32,000 bases of DNA. Source: Chlorobium sp. (lineage in GTDB: Bacteria > Bacteroidota > Chlorobiia > Chlorobiales > Chlorobiaceae). Shown here in pieces: positions 14,015-22,196 of this stretch. The first letter of the stretch is position 1, and the number at the start of each line of letters is the position of its first letter. The notes beneath the pieces were generated by a model. It searched no databases. It was not told the DNA's origin and worked only from the letters and a program-made list of their open reading frames with translations. The stretch covers positions 4,343 through 36,342 of the forward strand of contig JANQMO010000045.1 of NCBI GenBank assembly GCA_028280025.1. Direction: 5' to 3'. A program made the translations under genes and the position numbers.

Positions 14015-14457
14015 ATGGTGAATCGTGAATAGGGGAAGATAGTTTGTCGGATGAACGAAGCAACATGAGAGATAGGATAAGGCAAAAGGTAATCGGTATT
14101 CGGTATTCGGTATTCGGAGAGAATGATTGTTTTTTAAGGTATAACGATAGCAGATACATTTGAAGAAGTTATATAGGTCCTATAGGTCATATGAGTCCTA
14201 TAGGACCTATAATATTATCTGCAGTCAATACACCCCATACCATTCAAAATCCATACAGGCGGGTTTCAAACCCGCCCCTACATCCTGCCAACTAGCCACT
14301 GAAGACTGCCCACTGTCTTTTGTCCCGCCATCCAGCCAACGAGCTATCTTCACTAAGAACCAAGAACTGAGAACTTCTTTCATCCCACACCCCACATCCC
14401 ACATCTAACATTCTTCTCGCTCACTCCTTACTCCTGGCTCCTCTACTCCTTCTTCCC
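14000..14457. repeat. Mosaic short-tandem-repeat element, copy A (longest)
   Basis: Successive blocks: (AATCGTG)x5 at 14000-14034; (CGGTATT)x3.4 at 14094-14117; (TATAGGWCC)x4 at 14172-14207; hairpin GGCGGGTTTCAAACCCGCC at 14258-14276; (NAAGAAC/GAGAAC)x3 at 14354-14374; (CCCACAY)x3 at 14384-14404; (NNNCTCC)x5 at 14421-14456. Confidence 0.85.
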
Positions 14458-14611
14458 TAAATATTTGATTGGTGCTTGTGCTTTATTATCTTACGGATCG
14501 TGTTCGGGCACCTGAAACAAAAGGGTTTGTTTCAGACTGCCCTTTTTTGACGTTGTATCATATTTTCACCTATTCCCGGCCTGCTCTGCCAGCCGGATCA
14601 TCCTACAGGAA

Positions 14612-16015
14612 ATGCTCGCTTACCAGAGAACGCTTGAAAAAGAAATCGCCCTTTACGGCACCGGGCTGCATACCGGCCATGAGTGCATGATCACCTTCAA
14701 ACCTGCACCCGCCAACTACGGATACCGCTTCATAAGAACAGATATCGAAAACTGTCCTGAAATACCTGCCCTGATCGATTATGTCGTCGACGTCAACAGA
14801 GGCACCACTATCGAATATGAAGGCAACAGGGTCTATACCACCGAACACGTACTGGCGGCCCTCTACGGCATGCAGATTGACAACTGCCGCATCGAAATGA
14901 ACGGCCCGGAACCGCCGGTCATGGACGGCAGCGCTGCCGACTTTGCCGAAGCCATTGAATCGGCGGGCATTGTCAAGCAGGATGAACCGAGAAATTACCT
15001 TGTCATCGATGAAACAATCGAGTTCCATGATCCCGAAAAAAATGTCGATATTGTCGCCCTCCCGCTGGACGGCTTCAGAACAACAGTTATGGTCGATTAC
15101 AAAAATCCGGCGCTGGGCTCACAGCATTCGGGCCTGTTCGACCTCGAAAAAGAGTTTCTGAGCGATTTCGCTCCCTGCCGTACCTTCTGTTTCCTGAGTG
15201 AAGTCGAAGCTCTGGCCAATGCGGGCATCATCAAGGGAGGCAACATCGATAATGCGATCGTCATCGTCGATAAAAAACTGTCCGAAAAGGAACTTGACCT
15301 TCTGGCCGAAAAAATCGGCATCGACAGTTCAGCGCTTGCGCTCGGCAACAACGGCATACTCAATAACCGGGAACTTCGTTTCAAGAACGAACCCGCCCGC
15401 CATAAACTGCTTGACCTTATCGGCGATATCGCGCTGCTTGGCATGCCGCTTAAAGCACAGGTACTTGCAGCACGTCCCGGACACGCCTCAAATGTCGAAT
15501 TTGTCAAGGAGCTGAAAAAATATGCCGACCGTAACCAGCTTACCCGCAAGTTCCAGCATGAAAAAAAATCCGGTGTAATTTTCGACAGCAACGCAATTCA
15601 GCAAATCCTGCCTCACCGCTACCCGTTTCTTCTCATCGACAAGATCGTCGAGTTCAAACTGGACGAAAAAATCGTCTCGGTCAAGAACGTCACGATGAAC
15701 GAAGAGTTTTTCCAGGGACATTTCCCCGGCAATCCCATCATGCCGGGCGTTCTCATTGTCGAAGCGATGGCACAGACTGGAGGCATTATGATGCTGAACG
15801 GCAACGACAACATCAACAACATGCAGGTCTACTTCATGGGGATTGATAAAGCCAGGTTCCGCAAGCCGGTCGTTCCGGGTGATGCATTGGTAATAGAAGC
15901 CGTCATGAAAAGCCGGAGACGGAATGTGTGCCAGTTCGACGCAAAAGCATATGTCCGCGGCGATCTGGTCTGCGAAGCGTCACTCATGGCAACGGTCATG
16001 AAAAAATCCACCTGA
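14612..16015 (+). CDS. lpxC/fabZ: Bifunctional UDP-3-O-acyl-GlcNAc deacetylase / 3-hydroxyacyl-ACP dehydratase (LpxC-FabZ fusion)
   Basis: The N-terminus QRTLEKEIALYGTGLHTGHE and HKLLDLIGDIALLG are LpxC. The C-terminal LPHRYPFLLIDKIVE...FFQGHFPGNPIMPGVLIVEAMAQ is the FabZ hot-dog domain. 467 aa in one frame. Confidence 0.93.
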   Translation: MLAYQRTLEKEIALYGTGLHTGHECMITFKPAPANYGYRFIRTDIENCPEIPALIDYVVDVNRGTTIEYEGNRVYTTEHVLAALYGMQIDNCRIEMNGPEPPVMDGSAADFAEAIESAGIVKQDEPRNYLVIDETIEFHDPEKNVDIVALPLDGFRTTVMVDYKNPALGSQHSGLFDLEKEFLSDFAPCRTFCFLSEVEALANAGIIKGGNIDNAIVIVDKKLSEKELDLLAEKIGIDSSALALGNNGILNNRELRFKNEPARHKLLDLIGDIALLGMPLKAQVLAARPGHASNVEFVKELKKYADRNQLTRKFQHEKKSGVIFDSNAIQQILPHRYPFLLIDKIVEFKLDEKIVSVKNVTMNEEFFQGHFPGNPIMPGVLIVEAMAQTGGIMMLNGNDNINNMQVYFMGIDKARFRKPVVPGDALVIEAVMKSRRRNVCQFDAKAYVRGDLVCEASLMATVMKKST

Positions 16016-16036
16016 ACAAGCGGCAAACCTTTGCGT

Positions 16037-16597
16037 TCAGGATTCAAGTCCCGCTTCTTCTCCGCGATGAATGCGCAGGAACCGCACGACATATTGCATG
16101 AACGAATACAGCAGCAAAATCACGGAGAGGTACATAAACATCTCTTGTACCGGGTAACGGTCAAAAAAGGGATTCGGCCAGACCATGCTGAAAAACATCA
16201 TGGAAACAAATCCTACCGCCCACTTGCCGGGCCAGAGCGATGTCGTGATCACCTGGTGCCGATGCTTGACGTAGGCGGCGCCGAGAAATATCAAAAGATC
16301 CCTGAAAACCACAAACACGACGAACCACACAGGCAACTCACCGATCACCATAAAATACACGGCAACCGCAGCGAGGCATATCTTGTCGGCAAGGGGATCG
16401 AGAATTTTCCCCATATCCGATACTTCATTGGTCCAGCGGGCTGTCTGGCCGTCGAACCAGTCGCTCAGAACAGCAATAACAAGGATTGCATTGGCAATCC
16501 ATATATCTCCCCTTTCAAAATAGTAGATAAAAAAAGGGATGAGCAGGATTCGAAGAATGCTCAGAAAGTTTGGAAGATTGACGATATGCCCTTTCAC
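16037..16597 (-). CDS. pgsA: CDP-alcohol phosphatidyltransferase (PgsA-like)
   Basis: SDWFDGQTARWTNEVSDMGKILDPLADK matches D-x2-DG-x2-AR-x8-G-x3-D-x3-D. The protein is multi-TM and 186 aa. Confidence 0.85.
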   Translation of the reverse strand: MKGHIVNLPNFLSILRILLIPFFIYYFERGDIWIANAILVIAVLSDWFDGQTARWTNEVSDMGKILDPLADKICLAAVAVYFMVIGELPVWFVVFVVFRDLLIFLGAAYVKHRHQVITTSLWPGKWAVGFVSMMFFSMVWPNPFFDRYPVQEMFMYLSVILLLYSFMQYVVRFLRIHRGEEAGLES

Positions 16598-16627
16598 AGC
16601 TTGTGTTCCGTTTTGCTCTGAAAACCT

Positions 16628-17191
16628 CTATATAACACTATCGGGATTCTCCCTGACAAACTCGGACCAGCTCCGGCCCGCTGACTTATGCCCCCTGCTG
16701 CCGTTCACGTTCGGCAGCACGTGCCCTTCACAGAGAAGGTCACAGAGTGCGATACCGAGCGCATCTGAAATATCGTACGGACGGAGAGGTTCCTCGATTT
16801 CGAGAAAATGCCGGGCCATGTAGGACACCTGCTCCTTGCTCGCCCCACCTCTGCCGGTCAGAACCTGTTTTACTTTTCGGGGAGCGTATTCGGTCAGTGC
16901 GACGCCCCTGTTCATTGCCAGGGCGACAACAGCTCCCCTGACCTGGCCGAGCTTGAGTGCCGACTGGGGATTGCGGTTCACATAAGCGGTTTCAAGCGCA
17001 AGCCTCTGCGGCCTGTTCACACTGATCAGCGTGTCAAGCTCATCATAAATGCGCTTGATTCTTTCCGGTATTCCCTGGCGGGAACTGAGCCTGATAATCC
17101 CGCAGTCGATCAGTTCGAAGGCTCCTTCCCTTCCCCTGACAATACCGTAACCGGTCCTGACACTTCCAGGATCCACCCCGATGACAATCAT
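16628..17191 (-). CDS. ruvC: Crossover junction endodeoxyribonuclease RuvC
   Basis: MIVIGVDPGSVRTGYGIV and the later ALETAYVNRNPQSALKLGQVRG and DISDALGIALC motifs. It sits downstream of yebC, as in many bacteria. Confidence 0.92.
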   Translation of the reverse strand: MIVIGVDPGSVRTGYGIVRGREGAFELIDCGIIRLSSRQGIPERIKRIYDELDTLISVNRPQRLALETAYVNRNPQSALKLGQVRGAVVALAMNRGVALTEYAPRKVKQVLTGRGGASKEQVSYMARHFLEIEEPLRPYDISDALGIALCDLLCEGHVLPNVNGSRGHKSAGRSWSEFVRENPDSVI

Positions 17192-17261
17192 GACACTACA
17201 TTGGGTATTCGTTCAATTCCCGCTCTTCAGAGCGGCAGAAAAACAATCAGGTAAGACAGCA

Positions 17262-18014
17262 TCAGGAATCGAAGCTTCTCATTGCCTCTTCACCGATCTC
17301 CAGATTACTGTAAACAACCTGTACATCATCACAGTTTTCGAGCGCGTCGATCAACTTCATGGCCTTGGCGGTTTCTTCCGGCGCCGGCTCGACATAGCTG
17401 TCCGGAATCATGTCCATCTTTGCATTGGCATAGGATATGCCGGCAGTATCGAGTGCCTGCTTTGCCGTTTCGAGATCCTTGACATCGACGATGACGTTGA
17501 AATAATTCTCGTCATCACTGTCCAGTTCCTCGAGACCTGCATCGAGGAGAACTTCCATAACAGATTCCTCATCCGTTCCTGATTTCGCCACATCGATACT
17601 GCCCTTTCTCTGAAACATCCAGCTGACACTGCCGTTCTCACCAAGCGAACCGTTATGGCGGTTCATGATATGACGTATGTCGGCAACGGTCCGGTTCCGA
17701 TTATCCGTTGCTGTTTCAATAATAATCGCAATACCGCCCGGTCCGTACCCTTCGTAGGTAATTTCTTCGTAAGTGACACCTTCAATTTCACCGGTCCCCT
17801 TTTTTATGGCCCGCTGAATATTGTCAAGAGGCATGGAATTGGCCCTTGCCGTATCGACGGCAAGTCTCAAACGGGGATTTCCCGTGGGATCACCGCCTCC
17901 GGTTTTCGCTGCAATGGTAATTTCACGAACAAGTTTTGTGAACAAATTTCCCCTTTTCTGGTCCGTTGCAGCTTTTTTTCTTTTGATCGTTGACCATTTA
18001 CTATGTCCAGACAT
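17262..18014 (-). CDS. yebC: YebC/PmpR family DNA-binding transcriptional regulator
   Basis: [50 protein letters not shown] is the highly conserved YebC N-terminus; 250 aa. Confidence 0.93.
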   Translation of the reverse strand: MSGHSKWSTIKRKKAATDQKRGNLFTKLVREITIAAKTGGGDPTGNPRLRLAVDTARANSMPLDNIQRAIKKGTGEIEGVTYEEITYEGYGPGGIAIIIETATDNRNRTVADIRHIMNRHNGSLGENGSVSWMFQRKGSIDVAKSGTDEESVMEVLLDAGLEELDSDDENYFNVIVDVKDLETAKQALDTAGISYANAKMDMIPDSYVEPAPEETAKAMKLIDALENCDDVQVVYSNLEIGEEAMRSFDS

Positions 18015-18196
18015 ACGTAAATTCGCTGATTGATATCGGTTACTTTTTCAATGAACAATGCATCCCGGCAGATGTGACGTCTGCGGGAAACTTCATGCAT
18101 GCAGACTGCCGGTACAATGCGAGACCTGACAATAACGGTCTCCCCGGCAATCATTCAGTTCCGCTGACCGTTTATGATAATAGATTTATTTTCTTT

Positions 18197-18536
18197 AACC
18201 TAAATTGAGTGATTGTCGAGCATGTCGTAGATGCAAGGCACAGGGAATGCCGCTGTAGTGATCTACCGCAAGTTCCCTGTAACGAAGCAGATGCGGCATG
18301 ATCGACAATCCCGAAGGGTTTCAACAAATGCGGTTCTTTATCTGTTTTTTCCTGCTCCCGACAGGTGACGAATAATCACACCTGCTGAACAGTATAAAGG
18401 ACTGTTATTTATAACCTTACTCTTATTGAGCATTTGTTGAAACGCTCAGTTTAGGTTTAACCTAAGCTGAGCGACATATGCGCACCGGGACCACATGGTC
18501 CTGAAAAGCATGCTCGACAATCGCTCAATTTAGGTT
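18197..18536. repeat. Inverted-repeat-bounded, densely self-complementary intergenic element (MITE/REP-like, or a structured leader RNA)
   Basis: The 28-nt terminal inverted repeats 18197-18224 and 18509-18536 have 1 mismatch. The IR halves recur internally, and several long-range perfect helices were checked by hand. Confidence 0.7.
18328..18375 (+). promoter_or_regulatory. Candidate Phe leader peptide uORF (MRFFICFFLLPTGDE) upstream of pheA
   Basis: ATG 18328, TAA 18373-18375, and an SD-like GAAGGG 9 nt upstream. There are 4 Phe codons in 15. Codons UGUUUUUUC (18343-18351) are the exact complement of the 9 nt preceding the pheA AUG. Confidence 0.3.
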
Positions 18537-18559
18537 CAAATTAATCACCAGAAAAAACA

Positions 18560-19399
18560 ATGGCAAACCGGCTGGTCGCATACCAGGGAGAACCTGGCGC
18601 ATACAGTGAAATAGCCGCTCTTCGTTTTGGAGAACCGGCACCATTCGAGACATTTGACAAAGCGTTTCACGCCGTTGAGCAGCAAAAAGTAGCCTGCGCG
18701 GTGATACCCATCGAGAACTCTCTTGGGGGAAGCATACATCACAACTACGACCTCCTGATGCAGCACCCCGTAACGATCGCCGCTGAAACGTTCGTGACTG
18801 TCGAACACTGTCTGCTCGGCCTTTCTGACGCATCGCTCGACGTCAACGGAACGGTGTTCTCCCACCCTCAGGCCCTCGCTCAGTGCCGCAATTTCTTTTC
18901 CGCACACCGCAACCTCAAACCTGAAGTAGCGTACGATACCGCCGGGAGCGCAAAAATGATCGCAGACAACGGCAGGCCGCAGGATTTCGCTATTGCATCG
19001 AAACGGGCCGGAGAGCTTTACGGTCTGAAGATATTCCTCGAAAATCTTGCCGACGAAACATGGAATATCACCCGGTTTTTCTGCATTGTCCATGAAAAGA
19101 TGGACCACGCCGTCGAACTCAGGGAAAAGCCGGATACAAGCAGACAGAAAACCTCCATTGTGTTCGCCCTCCCGAACGAACAAGGCTCCCTTTTCAAGGC
19201 GCTTGCGACATTCGCGCTTCGAAACATCGATTTGACAAAAATCGAGTCACGCCCGTCGAGGATGAAAGCCTTCGAATACTTCTTTTACGTCGATTTCATA
19301 GGCCACCTGGACGACCCCGGCGTCATTAACGCCCTGACCCATCTCAGGGAATTTGCAACAATGGTCAAAGTACTGGGCAGCTATGGTGTCGTTGCCTGA
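18560..19399 (+). CDS. pheA: Prephenate dehydratase (with C-terminal ACT domain)
   Basis: VAYQGEPGAYSEIAA, the TRF motif (NITRFFCI) and the ESRP motif (LTKIESRPSR) are PDT/ACT signatures; 279 aa. Confidence 0.9.
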   Translation: MANRLVAYQGEPGAYSEIAALRFGEPAPFETFDKAFHAVEQQKVACAVIPIENSLGGSIHHNYDLLMQHPVTIAAETFVTVEHCLLGLSDASLDVNGTVFSHPQALAQCRNFFSAHRNLKPEVAYDTAGSAKMIADNGRPQDFAIASKRAGELYGLKIFLENLADETWNITRFFCIVHEKMDHAVELREKPDTSRQKTSIVFALPNEQGSLFKALATFALRNIDLTKIESRPSRMKAFEYFFYVDFIGHLDDPGVINALTHLREFATMVKVLGSYGVVA

Positions 19400-19427
19400 C
19401 AACGGTCAGTTTCAACTGACATTCGAT

Positions 19428-22196
19428 ATGACCGCATCACCGGATCGAGAACGAACGAAAGGATCCGGAGACAAACCGACCCTGTTCCTGCTCGATGGTA
19501 TGGCACTGGTGTACCGGTCGTTTTTCGCCCTGCAAAGAACAGGAATGGTCACAAGCAAGGGCGTCCCGACGGGGGCCACCTATGGATTTCTGATGACGCT
19601 TTTGAAAATCCATGAAGCATACCGTCCCGATTACCTCGCCGTCGCTCTCGACAGCGCCGAAAAAACATTCCGTCACAAACTCTACGAACCATACAAGGCA
19701 AACAGGCCCGAGCCGCCTGAAGACCTCATCACGCAGCTCGATTTCATTATCAGCCTCATTGATGCGATGAGGATACCGCTCCTTAAACAACCGGGATTTG
19801 AGGCGGACGACCTGATCGCCACTGCCGCAAAACAATTCGAAACTGCCTGCGAGATTTTCATTGTCACGCCCGACAAGGACCTCGCCCAGCTCGTTCATGA
19901 CGGGGTTACCATCCTCAAGCCAGGCAAAAAACAAAATGAGCTGGAACTGTTCGGACGCCATGAAATCAAAGAAAAGTTCGGTATTGACCCTGACCGTTTT
20001 GTCGATTTTCTCATGCTTACCGGCGACAGTTCGGACAATATTCCGGGAGCAAAAGGAATAGGCCCCAAAACAGCCTCCAGACTGATCAACACATACGGCG
20101 GTCTCGATGAACTCCTCAAGCATCTCGATGACCTCCCGCCTGCATCAAGAACGAGCCTGAAAGAATTCGAGACCAGACGTGAACTTGTCAGGGAACTTGT
20201 CACCGTCAGAACAGACCTTTCCCTTGAACCTGCCCTAGACGACCTTGCCTGCACGGCTCCCGACGGCGACAAACTGTTCGGACTGCTCGACACCCTGGAA
20301 ATGAAAAGCGCAGCGGCGCGGATTCCCCGGATATTTCCCGATGTTCAACCGTCCGGAAACAAGAGCGGCAATAACCCTGACCTCACGCACGTAACAGCCG
20401 ACAAGACGGCATACCGCCTTGTCGACGACGCTGACGGCGTAGAGGAACTCGAAAAAAAACTCACGAGCCTGGCTGGCTTTGCCTTCGATACCGAAACAAC
20501 CAGCCTCAACACGCTCGAGGCGGAACTTGTCGGCATGTCGTTCAGCTGGGAACCGAATGAGGCATGGTTTATCCACTGTTCGAAATCAGGACTCACGCCC
20601 GAAAACGCCCTTTCCATACTCAGGCAGGTACTTGAAAACCCCGCTATTGGAAAAACAGGACAAAACCTCAAATATGACATCCTTGTCCTGAAAAACTACG
20701 GGGTACGCCTTTCTCCGGTAGCCTTCGATACCATGATCGCCAGCTACGTCATCAATCCCGAGGAAAAACACAACCTTGACGACCTCGCTGAAAAACTCCT
20801 GAACGTCAGGACAACCAAATACAGTGACCTGACAGGAACAGGAAAAAAAGCCATCCCGATACGAGACGTCCCTCTTGACTCGCTGACTGCCTATGCATGC
20901 CAGGACGCCGACATCGCATTCAGGCTCCGTCAGAACCAGATCGGCATACTCGACAAAAACCCCGAGCTGAACAGACTGTGCCGCGACATCGAGTTTCCTC
21001 TTGTGGAAGTGCTTGCAGACATGGAATACCGCGGGATCGCCCTTGACACGGCCCAGCTTGAACGGACGTCGGAAACGGTCAATCGTGAACTTGAAGAGCT
21101 CACGGAACGAATCCATGACACTGCCGGAACAACATTCAATATCGACTCGCCCAAACAGCTTGCAGACATCCTGTTCAATGTACTCGGTCTTCCGGCCAAA
21201 AAAACAACCAAGACCGGTTACTCGACCAATGTCAGGGTTCTGGAAGAGCTCTCCCTTCTCCATCCGATTGCACAAGACATACTGGCATACAGGAGCCTGC
21301 ATAAACTCAAAACCACCTATATCGATGCGCTCCCGAAAATGCTCAGCCCGGTAAGCGGCAGGCTGCATACCAGCTTCAATCAGCACATTACCGCAACAGG
21401 CAGGCTCTCGTCGTCAAATCCCAACCTGCAGAATATCCCGATACGCACACCGCTCGGCAGGGAAATCCGGAAAGCCTTCGTCCCTTCAGACCCCGGGAAC
21501 TTTCTGCTTTCAGCCGACTATTCCCAGATCGAGCTCCGCATCGCGGCAGAGATATCACAGGACCCCCAGCTTCTGTCAGCATTCCAAAAAGGAGAAGACA
21601 TCCATTCTGCAACGGCAAGAACCGTGTTCGACACAGAGAACATAACCCCTGACATGAGACGCAAGGCAAAGGAAGTCAATTTCGGTATTCTCTACGGCCT
21701 TCAGCCGTTCGGGCTGGCGCAAAGACTGAATATCCCTCAAAAGGAAGCCAAATCCATCATAGAAACATACACATCGAAATACCCCGACCTCTTCAATGCC
21801 CTGAAACAGATAATCAGCGGTGCCGCCGAGAAAGGGTATGTCACCACGCTGATCGGAAGACGGCGGTATATCGATACCATCAACAGCAAGAACCGCAACA
21901 TCAGAATGGCCGCAGAACGGGCTGCAATGAACACTCCTGTCCAGGGCACGGCCGCCGACATCATCAAGTGCGCCATGAGCCTTACGGCAGCGGAAATAAA
22001 GAGCCGCGGTCTCCAGTCCATGATGCTCCTGCAGGTCCATGATGAACTTGTTTTCGAGACCACCGAACAAGAAAAGGAGTCTCTCACTTCAATCGTTACC
22101 GACTGCATGAAAACAGCGGCGAAAGAATGCGGACTTTGCAGTGTCCCGGTCGACGTGGAAACCGGAACAGGAAAAAACTGGCTGGACGCTCACTGA
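19428..22196 (+). CDS. polA: DNA polymerase I
   Basis: 5'-3' exonuclease domain (LFLLDGMALVYRSFFAL, GIGPKTA), 3'-5' exonuclease domain (FAFDTETTSL) and polymerase motifs (DYSQIELR, QVHDELVFE). ATG 19428 is preferred over the track start 19353, which overlaps pheA. Confidence 0.93.
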   Translation: MTASPDRERTKGSGDKPTLFLLDGMALVYRSFFALQRTGMVTSKGVPTGATYGFLMTLLKIHEAYRPDYLAVALDSAEKTFRHKLYEPYKANRPEPPEDLITQLDFIISLIDAMRIPLLKQPGFEADDLIATAAKQFETACEIFIVTPDKDLAQLVHDGVTILKPGKKQNELELFGRHEIKEKFGIDPDRFVDFLMLTGDSSDNIPGAKGIGPKTASRLINTYGGLDELLKHLDDLPPASRTSLKEFETRRELVRELVTVRTDLSLEPALDDLACTAPDGDKLFGLLDTLEMKSAAARIPRIFPDVQPSGNKSGNNPDLTHVTADKTAYRLVDDADGVEELEKKLTSLAGFAFDTETTSLNTLEAELVGMSFSWEPNEAWFIHCSKSGLTPENALSILRQVLENPAIGKTGQNLKYDILVLKNYGVRLSPVAFDTMIASYVINPEEKHNLDDLAEKLLNVRTTKYSDLTGTGKKAIPIRDVPLDSLTAYACQDADIAFRLRQNQIGILDKNPELNRLCRDIEFPLVEVLADMEYRGIALDTAQLERTSETVNRELEELTERIHDTAGTTFNIDSPKQLADILFNVLGLPAKKTTKTGYSTNVRVLEELSLLHPIAQDILAYRSLHKLKTTYIDALPKMLSPVSGRLHTSFNQHITATGRLSSSNPNLQNIPIRTPLGREIRKAFVPSDPGNFLLSADYSQIELRIAAEISQDPQLLSAFQKGEDIHSATARTVFDTENITPDMRRKAKEVNFGILYGLQPFGLAQRLNIPQKEAKSIIETYTSKYPDLFNALKQIISGAAEKGYVTTLIGRRRYIDTINSKNRNIRMAAERAAMNTPVQGTAADIIKCAMSLTAAEIKSRGLQSMMLLQVHDELVFETTEQEKESLTSIVTDCMKTAAKECGLCSVPVDVETGTGKNWLDAH

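Noticed and set aside
14160-14408. 82-aa ORF beginning M-KKLYRSYRSYESYRTYN. Sibling ORFs at 31477-31683 (minus strand) and 12154-12351 share the YRSYRSY-like start
   Set aside because: The shared peptide is simply the TATAGGWCC nonamer array read in frame (9 nt = 3 codons). Downstream of the array the copies differ by indels, so similarity is at DNA level, not protein level. The starts are TTG with no RBS.
14000-14457. Possible CRISPR array, given the many short direct repeats
   Set aside because: The units are 7-9 bp and directly tandem, with no unique spacers of ~30 bp and no cas genes. This is not CRISPR architecture.
14512-14548. Perfect 10-bp hairpin CTGAAACAAA-AGGG-TTTGTTTCAG followed 7 nt later by T6, upstream of lpxC-fabZ
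   Set aside because: The stem is AU-rich and the spacing to the T-run is atypical for an intrinsic terminator. It could be a weak terminator or leader structure, but the evidence is insufficient to call it.
16030-16065. tRNA-like T-loop string GGATTCAAGTCCC
   Set aside because: There are no complementary T-stem arms, acceptor stem or anticodon arm around it, and it lies in the C-terminal coding region of the pgsA-like gene.
16031-16621. 196-aa ORF on the plus strand
   Set aside because: Antisense to the pgsA-like gene. The minus-strand frame has the complete CDP-alcohol phosphatidyltransferase motif and TM helices, whereas the plus-strand product is His/Lys-rich and featureless.
19353-19427. 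N-terminal extension of polA overlapping the end of pheA (track start 19353)
   Set aside because: The extension overlaps the pheA coding region by 47 nt and has no similarity to Pol I N-termini. ATG 19428 is followed shortly by the conserved LFLLDGMALVYRSFFAL.
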